Made by a program: the position numbers and the translations under genes. Below are positions 10,568 to 18,384 of a stretch of DNA of 64,000 nucleotides, piece after piece. The DNA lies in assembly GCA_964353885.1 (NCBI GenBank), contig CAYGXO010000063.1:14389-78388 (forward strand). Direction: 5' to 3'. Position 1 is the stretch's first letter. Every line of letters begins with the position of its first letter. Source of the stretch: an uncultured Spirochaetaceae bacterium (GTDB lineage: Bacteria > Spirochaetota > Spirochaetia > SZUA-6 > Fen-1364). The notes beneath the pieces were generated by a model that saw nothing but the letters and a program-made list of their open reading frames with translations, was not told the DNA's origin and did no database searches.

Positions 10568-11111
10568 CGATGTGCGTGCAGAGTAATTACCACTCTGTAT
10601 CTCGCAAGGAGATCGCGCAAGCTGATGTTCGCTATTTCAGGTTGAAAGTAGGACACAATCCACCATGGAAGGCACGGAGGGTGGATTGCTTCCCACAATT
10701 CATGGGGCCCCTTCTGGCTTTGGGCTTTCTGGACGCTCGTGGCGGGCCTACAACGCATTTTCTGGGGTGCTGCCGTGTGTCATTTCATGGGGGCCCTTGG
10801 GTGGCATTGTCCTGGCTCGCAAGCTTCTGCGAGGCGGGAGAGAATCGTTCACCGCCCACCCGAACTACGCCGCCACGCGATCCTGGGTGGCCTTTTCAAG
10901 GGCTCAGAGACGGTGTAGCATCGGTGCAGGCCGGGACCAGTATCCCCGGGATTTAAAAAGTGGCCGAACCCCGCGGTAGCTCCGGAGCTCGTCCCGGCTA
11001 TTTATCTCTCAGCCTGCTCCCCTGATCATGTAACTGCTGTCCCGCCTGCCCAACCGCGTTTCGGTGTTTCTCGCTCGTTTCCTGCCTGTTTTACTGGGCT
11101 GCACTGTCCCG

Positions 11112-11882
11112 CTACCAGGATTCAAGAGCTCCAATTGCCTGCCTGGCATCCTCGAGATTTGCCTCTCGTTCGTAGCCATTCCTGCCCTGAATCCGATAGA
11201 GCCAACAGCATGCCGAAGCCAGACAGAGACGGAGACGGTCCTCGGGGGAATCTCCTAAGCTATCCTCGAAGACTTTCCAGAGCGCACTGAACGTCGGCCA
11301 GGTCGAGCGCATGAGATCGTGCTTGTCCGCTCTTCTCAGCTTCTCGATATGCGGATAGAGAATCGCCCCCGCGTCCATGACTGCTCGAGCCTTCCCTGCA
11401 CTTGGAAAGGCAGTGAGATGCCTCTGCTTGTGTCTTTCAAGTGCTGAGCGGCTCAGTTCGTAGTTGCCCGACACGGTGCGAACCGGGATGCCCAAGGTGA
11501 GCAGGCCATCGATCAACGCCCTGCTCTCATGCCGGCAGACCGAACATTGGACGCGCTCCTCTTTCACTATCGCAACCTTCGCGGGAGCAGGATGCTCTAC
11601 CTCGATCTTCTCCTGACTGTCTGTTTTCATCGCAGCATCGAGCTCCATGAAAAGCCTTCGCATTCCGCCATAGCTTCCGACCGGTCGCCCGTTCACATTC
11701 CCGCTCTCTCCCGGGCCCCATGGAGACTGGAGATTGCGCCGGCTATTGGGATGGTTCCCGCGCCCTTGATGATGCTCGTTCACCGCAATCCCCATCGAGG
11801 AGCTGTGTTCAATTCCTGTCCAACCAGAAAAGCGCAAGGGCCTCGGCAGATCCCCTTGCCGCGCATGGTGGTCCTGTAGCAC
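11112..11882 (-). CDS. Hypothetical protein with CxxC plus HTH-like segment (regulator or small-terminase-like)
   Basis: Contains VQCSVCRHESRALIDGLLTLGIPVRTVSGNYELSRSALERHKQRH. The N-terminal ~70 aa of the maximal ORF look non-coding; the likely true start is one of the Met codons at 11630-11663. Confidence 0.45.
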   Translation of the reverse strand: MLQDHHARQGDLPRPLRFSGWTGIEHSSSMGIAVNEHHQGRGNHPNSRRNLQSPWGPGESGNVNGRPVGSYGGMRRLFMELDAAMKTDSQEKIEVEHPAPAKVAIVKEERVQCSVCRHESRALIDGLLTLGIPVRTVSGNYELSRSALERHKQRHLTAFPSAGKARAVMDAGAILYPHIEKLRRADKHDLMRSTWPTFSALWKVFEDSLGDSPEDRLRLCLASACCWLYRIQGRNGYEREANLEDARQAIGALESW

Positions 11883-11916
11883 ATCGGTGCAGGCTTTACC
11901 ATTGGGGGGAAGGCGG

Positions 11917-12486
11917 TCAGCCCCGCGTCCGCTTCAAGTGCTGACTCTCGCGTACGTTCTGCCGTGCCAGCGCATTGAGTGCCCGGCGGACCGTCGTTTC
12001 GTCCGTGCCCATGCCGGAGGCCATGCGACGAATAATCCCTCGAAACCGTCCGCTCTCCTGGCATGATGCATAAGTGAGCCTGTAGCCCTCACGGCTCCCG
12101 AAGTACCGGCCACCGGGTGGGAGGTAGAGCTTCCCTACTCTGCGTGGGGGTACACCATCCTGACGGGCGAGCGGGCAAAGAAACCAATAGCGGCGTCCCC
12201 CGTAGTTCGGTCGCGTCGTTTGAAGACGGATTATAAAGTCGATGGGCTCCCCCTCCGCGGTGTAGAAAAGGCGAAGCCAGGCTGCGTCCGGGTCCTGTAG
12301 ATTCGATTCGTAGCTGATAGACACGCTTTCCATCCAGCTTGACTCGAAGGCAAATCGGATCGAGCCTGACGTCCGCTGCCCAGGAACAAGCGCCCGAATC
12401 CTGAAAAGGTTCGAGATTGACAGCACGAGGCCATCCTCTACCACGTACCGTTTGGTTCCTTGCCAACCGCTGCCAAAGCCACCCAT
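11917..12486 (-). CDS. Hypothetical protein (GGFGSGW... N-terminus, degenerate Zn-ribbon-like RRYWFLCP...LYLPPGGRYFGSREGYRLTYASCQES)
   Basis: 189-aa ORF collinear with the island genes. No function recognised. Confidence 0.5.
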   Translation of the reverse strand: MGGFGSGWQGTKRYVVEDGLVLSISNLFRIRALVPGQRTSGSIRFAFESSWMESVSISYESNLQDPDAAWLRLFYTAEGEPIDFIIRLQTTRPNYGGRRYWFLCPLARQDGVPPRRVGKLYLPPGGRYFGSREGYRLTYASCQESGRFRGIIRRMASGMGTDETTVRRALNALARQNVRESQHLKRTRG

Positions 12487-12590
12487 AACTGCCTTTCGAT
12501 TTCTCCTAAATCATTAAGGAGTGTCACGCTATCATTATGTCGCGGAGACCTCGTAGAACGGCCTGTGCGAAAGCCTGACTTACACTCGGT

Positions 12591-12938
12591 TCACACATCG
12601 CCGTATTCCTTCCTGTGCCTCTGCTCCGTTGCCGGGCCTACCGTAGAGCGTCCCCGCGGCCGTCTCCTGCCGTCCTCCACAAGCTGAAGCGCCTGGGCCC
12701 GGATTTCTTTCGACCATCTGGCATGGCACCGCGAGCAGCGCCAATCGACTGCAAGCGGGTCCAGGTAATCGTCATGATGTGCCCCGACAGGCACGCGCCT
12801 GCCGCAGTGGGGACACCGGTCCGGCCGCGCCAGTTGCCCGGTCCTAACGGCGTATTTCACCGCCGCGTGCGCCCTGGTGCGCAGTTTCAGAAGCGCAGCA
12901 ACCGTACAGGCAGAAGCGTCGAGGGTCGTGCTACTCAT
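12591..12938 (-). CDS. Small Zn-ribbon / HNH-like protein
   Basis: CPHCGRRVPVGAHHDDYLDPLAVDWRCSRCHARW. It overlaps the primase-helicase stop by 8 nt. It resembles the 22580-22906 product of element 2. Confidence 0.55.
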   Translation of the reverse strand: MSSTTLDASACTVAALLKLRTRAHAAVKYAVRTGQLARPDRCPHCGRRVPVGAHHDDYLDPLAVDWRCSRCHARWSKEIRAQALQLVEDGRRRPRGRSTVGPATEQRHRKEYGDV

Positions 12939-14547
12939 GGGCAGCCTCGAATCGCTTTGTTATGCTGTCGAAGGTGAGCAGGATGGACCCGCCCGTCCCC
13001 AAGGCACGGTTCTTGTCCACGAGGACAACCTCGTTCACGAAATCGAGGTTCGCCTGCCGCTTGCGGTCCGCATCCTCGATGCGCCGGTACAGGATGACGT
13101 TGTCCGAGAGGTTGCGTATCCATGCCGAGCCCTCGAGGTCCGAGTGATCGACCTGGACTCCCTTCTCCTTGCCAGGCTTCCGAAGGTGATGGACCAGGTG
13201 AACATGGACGTCGGCGTCCTTTGCGAATTGTGAGAGAACTGCCGTGGTTTCCTTCTGCCGCAACCAATGGTCATCACGGGCGATTTCGAGACACCCGAGC
13301 GAGTCGATGATGAAGAACTGCGCTCCGTAGCGCCGGGCCACGTACCGCATGAGGTCAAGGAGTTTCTCCACGGCCACCTTCCCATGAAGGTCGAGCAGGA
13401 CCAGCTCGTCGGCGTAGCACTGGACAAAGTCGGCGCGGTTCATTCCTGACTGCTGGACCATCGTCCAGACCACCGACGAAAGTTTCTGTTCCAAGTTGCA
13501 CACACAAACCCGCTTGAACCTTCGCAGCGCCCCCGTTGCCTCCTGCATGGTGGCAGTGCTCTTGCCTGCGTAGGACTCCCCGCCGTGGACGGTTAGTTCG
13601 CCCAGCCGCCAGCCGCCGAGCTTCTCTGTCAGTCCCGGGATCTCGCACGACATCCCGGGGTCCGGGGCTTCTACCGTTGCGAAGTCGATGTCCCGCAGGA
13701 GCTTTATCTCCTCGGGCCCCAGCGCTCGCGCCTTCTCGATGCACCGCTTCACCGTCTCTGCCGGGATGCCCTTCATGAGACAATAGTTCATGTCCTTCTC
13801 AGGAAACTCGACACGCGAAAGGTTCCAATCCCACCCGAGCCGCTTCTCGATCGCCTTGACCCCGTCCTCTCCCGCAGGATCGCCGTCCAGTGCAAGGTCG
13901 ATCGCCTTGAACCGCTTCAAGAAGTCCCATTCCGTGGTGATCCACTGCGTGTTGCTCGCACCGCCAGGGACCGATACCGCCACGATGCCATATTCCCATG
14001 CCGCCAGAGCGTCAAGCTCGCCCTCTACGATCAGGAGCCGCTCGGCATCCGCAGGAACCATGTCCCGCCCGTAGAGCACCGGTTCGCAGCTCGGCTCCTG
14101 CGAGAAAGTCTTGGGCAGCCGCCTGTACTTCAACGCAACGCACGTCCCGGCCTTGAAGTACGGAAAGGCGATCCGCCCATCCTCCACTTGCCGCACCTTG
14201 AACCTGTCGAGCGTCCCTTGCGTGATCTTCCGCCCTGCGAACCAGGCAGCGGCTACAGCATCGAGGGAGTGCGCTTTGACGTCAGGCTTCCGGTACACCT
14301 TCACGGGTGTCTTCACAAAAATCTGCTCAGGCTCGTCCCCGAGCTCCTTCTGGAGCTGGTATAGGTTTCCGCTCTTCCCGCAACGGTTCCGGTGGAAACA
14401 CTGCCAGGCTCCCGAGTCCAGGTTGATCGAGAACTTCCGCTCCGTGTCTTGGCATAGCGGGCAGTTCATCGTCACCTCGCTGCCGGTGATGCGGTACGTG
14501 AATCCCTTCCCGTCGAGGTACTCTCTGACACCTGCTGTCGTAGTCAA
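12931..14547 (-). CDS. Bifunctional primase-helicase (T7 gp4 / Twinkle-like: Zn finger, TOPRIM, DnaB-type ATPase)
   Basis: 538 aa. Zn motif CPLCQDTERKFSINLDSGAWQCFHRNRCGKSG, TOPRIM LLIVEGELDALAAWEYG, Walker A HGGESYAGKSTA, and FIIDSLG / HLVHHLRK helicase motifs. Confidence 0.85.
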   Translation of the reverse strand: MTTTAGVREYLDGKGFTYRITGSEVTMNCPLCQDTERKFSINLDSGAWQCFHRNRCGKSGNLYQLQKELGDEPEQIFVKTPVKVYRKPDVKAHSLDAVAAAWFAGRKITQGTLDRFKVRQVEDGRIAFPYFKAGTCVALKYRRLPKTFSQEPSCEPVLYGRDMVPADAERLLIVEGELDALAAWEYGIVAVSVPGGASNTQWITTEWDFLKRFKAIDLALDGDPAGEDGVKAIEKRLGWDWNLSRVEFPEKDMNYCLMKGIPAETVKRCIEKARALGPEEIKLLRDIDFATVEAPDPGMSCEIPGLTEKLGGWRLGELTVHGGESYAGKSTATMQEATGALRRFKRVCVCNLEQKLSSVVWTMVQQSGMNRADFVQCYADELVLLDLHGKVAVEKLLDLMRYVARRYGAQFFIIDSLGCLEIARDDHWLRQKETTAVLSQFAKDADVHVHLVHHLRKPGKEKGVQVDHSDLEGSAWIRNLSDNVILYRRIEDADRKRQANLDFVNEVVLVDKNRALGTGGSILLTFDSITKRFEAAHE

Positions 14548-15347
14548 CCTGCCCTCCCGAATAACTGCGCGCCGATCTCATCCGGCGTCTGCGGCTTGCT
14601 GTCTTTCTTCTGCGCGAAGTCCCGCCATGGCTCAGCCGGCCCGAGGAAGGTGGCGGGATGCTTGATGAACCGCTCTTCGGTTCCCCTCAACCGGCAATCG
14701 GCCCCATATGCTATCGCTGCCGAGCGGAGTTCAGCCTCGCTTGCCCCCTTCTTGATCGTGGCCCGCCACTTGGCGAGAGCCGCTTTCTTTTCTTTCTGCC
14801 GGGGATAGACCTTCCAAAAAGACTCGAAGCCCGGGGGATTTTCCTCTGCCGAAGGTTTCTTCCTGGCAGACGCAGGAGCCGAAGGCGACAATGAATTCTT
14901 ACTCTTATCCTCTATGCCTCTAAGACTCTTAGTCTCTGGTGGACATGAATTGGACTTCGCTTGGACATTGTCCAACTGCCCCTTTGGTGCTCGTTCAAGC
15001 CGCTTGTACGCCGCCCAGCGGGTCTCCGACCCTACCAGCTCTTTCGCCGATTCAATCCAGATCGTCTTGTCTTCCAGAATCGAGACCATGCCGAGCTTCA
15101 CGAAAATCTGCATCGCACTGCGCAGAATGTCGATGTCCGCGTGCAGCACGTCCGCGAGGAGCTTGTCGTTATAGGGGATCTCGGGCCGGAAGCGCAGCCG
15201 GCCGACCGGGTCGGCTTGAATCGCCCTCGTGAGCATCTTCAGCCAGACCACAAGATAGCTGCCGCCGTTCTCCATGCCCTCGATGGCGCGGACTTCCTGG
15301 CTGTCGAAAAAGCGGTCGCTCAGCTTCAACCAGAAGTAGCGACTCAT
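14544..15347 (-). CDS. Phage replisome-organizer N-terminal domain protein
   Basis: MSRYFWLKLSDRFFDSQEVRAIEGMENGGSYLVVWLKMLTRAI matches the replisome-organizer N-domain pattern as I recall it. ATGA-type overlap with the downstream primase-helicase. Confidence 0.7.
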   Translation of the reverse strand: MSRYFWLKLSDRFFDSQEVRAIEGMENGGSYLVVWLKMLTRAIQADPVGRLRFRPEIPYNDKLLADVLHADIDILRSAMQIFVKLGMVSILEDKTIWIESAKELVGSETRWAAYKRLERAPKGQLDNVQAKSNSCPPETKSLRGIEDKSKNSLSPSAPASARKKPSAEENPPGFESFWKVYPRQKEKKAALAKWRATIKKGASEAELRSAAIAYGADCRLRGTEERFIKHPATFLGPAEPWRDFAQKKDSKPQTPDEIGAQLFGRAG

Positions 15348-15526
15348 TCATACCTCTTTGTCAGACCGACGAGCTTGCGCACAGTAACGCCACGGCGCTC
15401 AGCCTCAAGCAGGATCTCAGCTTGCCAAGCGAGCAATCTCCCCCGCTCTTGCCGACGGACAGTCCGTTCCAACTCGGCGTTGTCGCGACGATCGCGCATG
15501 TCCTGTGCCCGGCTTAGAAGACCCAT
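15344..15526 (-). CDS. Small hypothetical protein (60 aa, Arg/Glu-rich)
   Basis: Sits between xis and the replisome organizer and overlaps the latter by 4 nt. Confidence 0.35.
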   Translation of the reverse strand: MGLLSRAQDMRDRRDNAELERTVRRQERGRLLAWQAEILLEAERRGVTVRKLVGLTKRYE

Positions 15527-15535
15527 GGTCCGCCC

Positions 15536-15727
15536 TCAGCGAGAAGCGACGCCGGCGGGCTCGACAGAATTGGACTCGATCCACGCTTGAATTCTGTCTT
15601 CGCTAAAAAGAAGGCGCCCGCCCAATTTCACGAAGGGGATCTCGCGCCGGCAGACCTTCGTATATAGCGTTTTTGGCGTGAGGCGCGTAATCCCAGAAGC
15701 TTCAGAAATTGTCAGTAATCTTGTCAC
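15536..15727 (-). CDS. Excisionase-family HTH DNA-binding protein (AlpA/Xis-like)
   Basis: LTISEASGITRLTPKTLYTKVCRREIPFVKLGGRLLFSEDRIQAWI. GTG start at 15727 with SD GGAGGG. Confidence 0.75.
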   Translation of the reverse strand: MTRLLTISEASGITRLTPKTLYTKVCRREIPFVKLGGRLLFSEDRIQAWIESNSVEPAGVASR

Positions 15728-15728
15728 T

Positions 15729-15774
15729 GTTCCCTCCCTCTTGCTGCATTCACTTGCATCTTACAGGAGGGAAC
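15729..15774 (-). promoter_or_regulatory. Hairpin pairing an upstream anti-SD with the xis Shine-Dalgarno
   Basis: 9-bp perfect inverted repeat GTTCCCTCC / GGAGGGAAC (15729-15737 and 15766-15774) with a 28-nt loop. The promoter-distal arm on the minus-strand RNA is the SD of the GTG at 15727. Confidence 0.35.
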
Positions 15775-15809
15775 TTACGACTCCGTGTTACGGGCCGTAT
15801 GTCGGGGGC

Positions 15810-16709
15810 TTAATGCAATTCCACTCTCAATTTACCGGTAATCTTGGCTAGGGCCGTTCGATCACGCAGTGTAGCTGCCCTATGGTCGTTGTGAATCTGG
15901 TCGCGTCGGGTAAGACTGCCCCTAAGGTAAAAGTGTGCTTCCCAAAATAGTCCGATGTCATTGGTGAGGGTAAGCAATCGTGCCTCGTGCAGTTCATTGA
16001 AGCACCCGAAGAGCCATTTGTATGCGGCTATCGAACGCTGCCAGTCTATCTTCGGGCCGGTGCATTCTCTCGCAGGGTCAAAGAAATGCCCCTCGAAGAT
16101 CTCCTTCCACTGCTCTACGCTGTGCCTTGTCGTGAATCCATCAGGTTCGTGCAGACATATCAGCAAGTGGTGGAAGACCTTCTCCTTTCTTGAGGGCCAC
16201 TCTTCCTGAAGAAGAATCTTGGATGACGGAGTTTCGCACTTGGCGGGTCTGACATTCACCGACTGCGTTTGAAGCAAGTCAACGTCGGCCTGGAAGTGTA
16301 CGGCGAGATCCCTGTTCAGTGCTTTCGAGTCGATGCTTCCCCACGGAGAGAGGTAGGTGTGCTGCACGCTTCCGTCACCTTCGTCCTCTTTTCCAACGGT
16401 CTCATGGACCAGCCAAGGGAACATGTCGCCTCCAAGTTCGGCGTCCGTTCTTCCCCGGATGACAAACATCCCTTGCTGCGCATCATGTAACCATCGACGT
16501 GCAATCGACAGCCTTTCTCGGTCGCTTGCCGCTGCCTGCTTTGCCTTGTCGTATTTATCCAGAATCGCGTCTATCGGTCGCATGGTCGCACCTCCTGCAC
16601 GGTGATCCTGCGACAAAGAAACCAGGGAAGCCGTGCAGGTCGCGGCTTGTCGGATGCCCCCTATCCCTGGTTCGATCATTGCATTGTTATCCCCCACGGC
16701 CTTCCTCAT
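15810..16709 (-). CDS. Orphan 299-aa protein, ATGA-coupled to the integrase; function unknown
   Basis: Its start overlaps the integrase stop (ATGA at 16706-16709). I recognise no motif. It looks visibly less GC-rich than its neighbours. Confidence 0.6.
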   Translation of the reverse strand: MRKAVGDNNAMIEPGIGGIRQAATCTASLVSLSQDHRAGGATMRPIDAILDKYDKAKQAAASDRERLSIARRWLHDAQQGMFVIRGRTDAELGGDMFPWLVHETVGKEDEGDGSVQHTYLSPWGSIDSKALNRDLAVHFQADVDLLQTQSVNVRPAKCETPSSKILLQEEWPSRKEKVFHHLLICLHEPDGFTTRHSVEQWKEIFEGHFFDPARECTGPKIDWQRSIAAYKWLFGCFNELHEARLLTLTNDIGLFWEAHFYLRGSLTRRDQIHNDHRAATLRDRTALAKITGKLRVELH

Positions 16710-17881
16710 CCGATCATCTTCTCTTGGACCGCGAGCACGTCCTTGTAGTCGCCGATACTGAAGTGCGTGTAGTTCTCGAGCATCTCCTGTGTGCGGTGCC
16801 CGGTGAGCTTTTGCAGCTTCACGTCGGCAACCTTTCCGCGAAGGAAGGAATTGAAGAAGTGCCTCCAGCCATGAAACGAGATGTTCCGGCGCATACGCTC
16901 CTCGGGGGAAACCCCGATCTCCTCCAGGGCAGTGTAGAGGTGATCGAGGATGTAATTCTGCGAGAGCGGCCGATCGCGAGCCTCGCCCCAGAAGATTAGG
17001 TCCTCGGGGTCCTGGTAGGGTGAGAGCTGCATGAGCTCACATAAGCGGAGTTGTGTTTTCGAGGGAAGCGGAATCACCCTCTTGGACCCGCGCTTCGGCT
17101 CCTTCAGTCCAAAACGTGTCCAGCCGTGCTCCACTTGGACGTAGCCGTTGAAAACGAAGCGGTTCTGTAGTGCCTGACACTCGCCGAGGCGCATTCCCGT
17201 CGAGGCAGCCAAGAGATTGATTGTGTACTGCCGGCGATCCCCATCCCAAACCTTCTTGATCGTGCGGAGGTTGAAGAGCTTCCGAACCTCCCCGGGAGCG
17301 AGGAAAGAGCGTTCGCGTGGGCGCTCCTCAAGCGGCTCGACGGTGCGCGTGGGATCCACGGCGAGCCTGCCGAGGCGGACGCTCTCAGAGAAGATGATCT
17401 TCAGGCAGGCGAGGATCTGGTTGACGGTGGTCGGGCACAACGGCCCGCCCCGGTGCGATTCCTTCTCGGACAGGTCCATAACGAGCTGCTCGATCGTCTC
17501 TGTCGTGATTTCGGAAATGCGGAGCTCCCCGAGGGCTGGCATGATGTGATTGTCGAGGTAGCCCCGGCAGATCTCCACGTACGTCCGCCCGATGGTTCGC
17601 CCCCGGGCGAGTCGCCGCAGCACGTAGGGGCATTCGCCCCACTTCCACCAACTCGCGGTGTAGTCCTCGAAGAGCGGATCGCTGCCTCGCTGCAACGTCC
17701 CCGCCTTCAGCCGCTCCTTGAGCCAGGTCTCAGCAGCAGAGCTCGAGGTCTGCCCCGTGCTGCGCGCCGTGGTCCGGCGCGTGCCATTCCACAGACGGTA
17801 GTACCAGACGAAGACAGGCTTGCCGTTCTTTCTCTGCTTGGTCTTTCGGCGGAAGAGCTGGAAATCATCACGTTGACGCAT
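16706..17881 (-). CDS. Tyrosine integrase (tRNA-Pro-associated)
   Basis: GMRLGECQAL...HGWRHFFNSFL...LTGHRTQEMLENYTHF. The ORF track extends to 17971, but ATG at 17881 (MRQRDDFQLFRRKTK...) has SD GGGAGGGGG. Confidence 0.85.
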   Translation of the reverse strand: MRQRDDFQLFRRKTKQRKNGKPVFVWYYRLWNGTRRTTARSTGQTSSSAAETWLKERLKAGTLQRGSDPLFEDYTASWWKWGECPYVLRRLARGRTIGRTYVEICRGYLDNHIMPALGELRISEITTETIEQLVMDLSEKESHRGGPLCPTTVNQILACLKIIFSESVRLGRLAVDPTRTVEPLEERPRERSFLAPGEVRKLFNLRTIKKVWDGDRRQYTINLLAASTGMRLGECQALQNRFVFNGYVQVEHGWTRFGLKEPKRGSKRVIPLPSKTQLRLCELMQLSPYQDPEDLIFWGEARDRPLSQNYILDHLYTALEEIGVSPEERMRRNISFHGWRHFFNSFLRGKVADVKLQKLTGHRTQEMLENYTHFSIGDYKDVLAVQEKMIG

Positions 17882-18001
17882 AGATACCCCCTCCCTGAGA
17901 AAAGCACCTGGAGAGGGAAGCCAGGTCACACAACAGGTCACACGGGCTGCTGCCGAGAATCGGCAGATCACGGAAATGCCCTGTTTTGCTGGCTTTTCTT
18001 G

Positions 18002-18074
18002 TCGGGCTGGGCGGGTTTGAACCGCCGGCCTTTCGGTCCCGAACCGAACGCGCTACCAACTGCGCTACAGCCCG
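18002..18074 (-). tRNA. tRNA-Pro (anticodon CGG)
   Basis: Manual cloverleaf: CGGGCTG TA GCGC AGTTGGTA GCGC G TTCGG TTCGGGA CCGAA AGGCC GGCGG TTCAAAC CCGCC CAGCCCG A. All stems are Watson-Crick. CCA is not encoded. Confidence 0.9.
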
Positions 18075-18085
18075 TGGGCGACGGC

Positions 18086-18112
18086 CCTCCGCGTCGCGAA
18101 GCGACGCGGAGG
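18086..18112. other. 12-bp perfect inverted repeat between the tRNA-Asp att remnant and tRNA-Pro
   Basis: CCTCCGCGTCGC gaa GCGACGCGGAGG. No U-run follows. Possibly a processing or structural element of the ancestral tRNA-Asp/tRNA-Pro spacer. Confidence 0.4.
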
Positions 18113-18147
18113 CGAGAGCCCCGTAGGAGGAACTCAGGAACTACCGG

Positions 18148-18181
18148 AAAAAAAGAGCGGGAGCGACGGGACTTGAACCCG
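18148..18181. repeat. Distal att repeat of element 2 (copy of the tRNA-Asp 3' end plus trailer)
   Basis: aaaaaaagagcgggagcgacgggacttgaacccg is identical to 26948-26981. The flanking sequence has no matching tRNA 5' half. Confidence 0.85.
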
Positions 18182-18343
18182 AGCGGAAACCCTGCCACGG
18201 GTTGCCGTCTCATGCCATCCGCCCGCCATTCCCTTACTCGGCAAAGACCTGCGGTTTCCCTCCCTGCCAAGTGTTGCCAAGACTTGCCCAGGAATGTACG
18301 GCATTTTCAGAATATTGTCAACAGTGCTGGCTACCGGGCATTG

Positions 18344-18366
18344 AAAAACCCCCCAGGGCGGGGGGC
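18344..18366 (-). terminator. Rho-independent terminator after the last gene of element 2
   Basis: The minus strand reads G CCCCCC GCCCT GGGGGG TTTTT, about 20 nt after the stop at 18385. Confidence 0.7.
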
Positions 18367-18384
18367 TTGTACCAGGCAGGCCGG

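Larger units (their letters stand above)
11112..17971 (-). mobile_element. Integrative element 1 beside tRNA-Pro (satellite/PICI-like gene set). Right end sits at the tRNA 3' end; left border not identified.
   Basis: The integrase gene abuts the tRNA-Pro 3' end. Collinear minus-strand genes are int, 299 aa, xis, 60 aa, replisome organizer, primase-helicase, Zn-ribbon protein and two hypotheticals. I could not find a direct repeat of the tRNA-Pro 3' end. Confidence 0.55.

Noticed and set aside
11088-11105. cctgttttactgggctg resembling ccctgttttgctggct next to tRNA-Pro (17978-17994), as a possible distal att of element 1
   Set aside because: It is only a short, imperfect match. It lies outside the tRNA body, and the 11112-11882 ORF starts right next to it. 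This is not enough to call a repeat.
12518-12535. TAGCGTGA 8-mer shared with the integrase operator palindrome
   Set aside because: A single 8-mer match is expected by chance in 2 x 64 kb, and there is no dyad symmetry at this site.
18148-18260. Possible second tRNA, tRNA-Sec or tmRNA-like gene sharing the tRNA-Asp 3' end
   Set aside because: The reverse-complement of the upstream sequence offers no 5' acceptor strand complementary to CGCTCCC and no D or anticodon arms. A duplicated att core explains it best.
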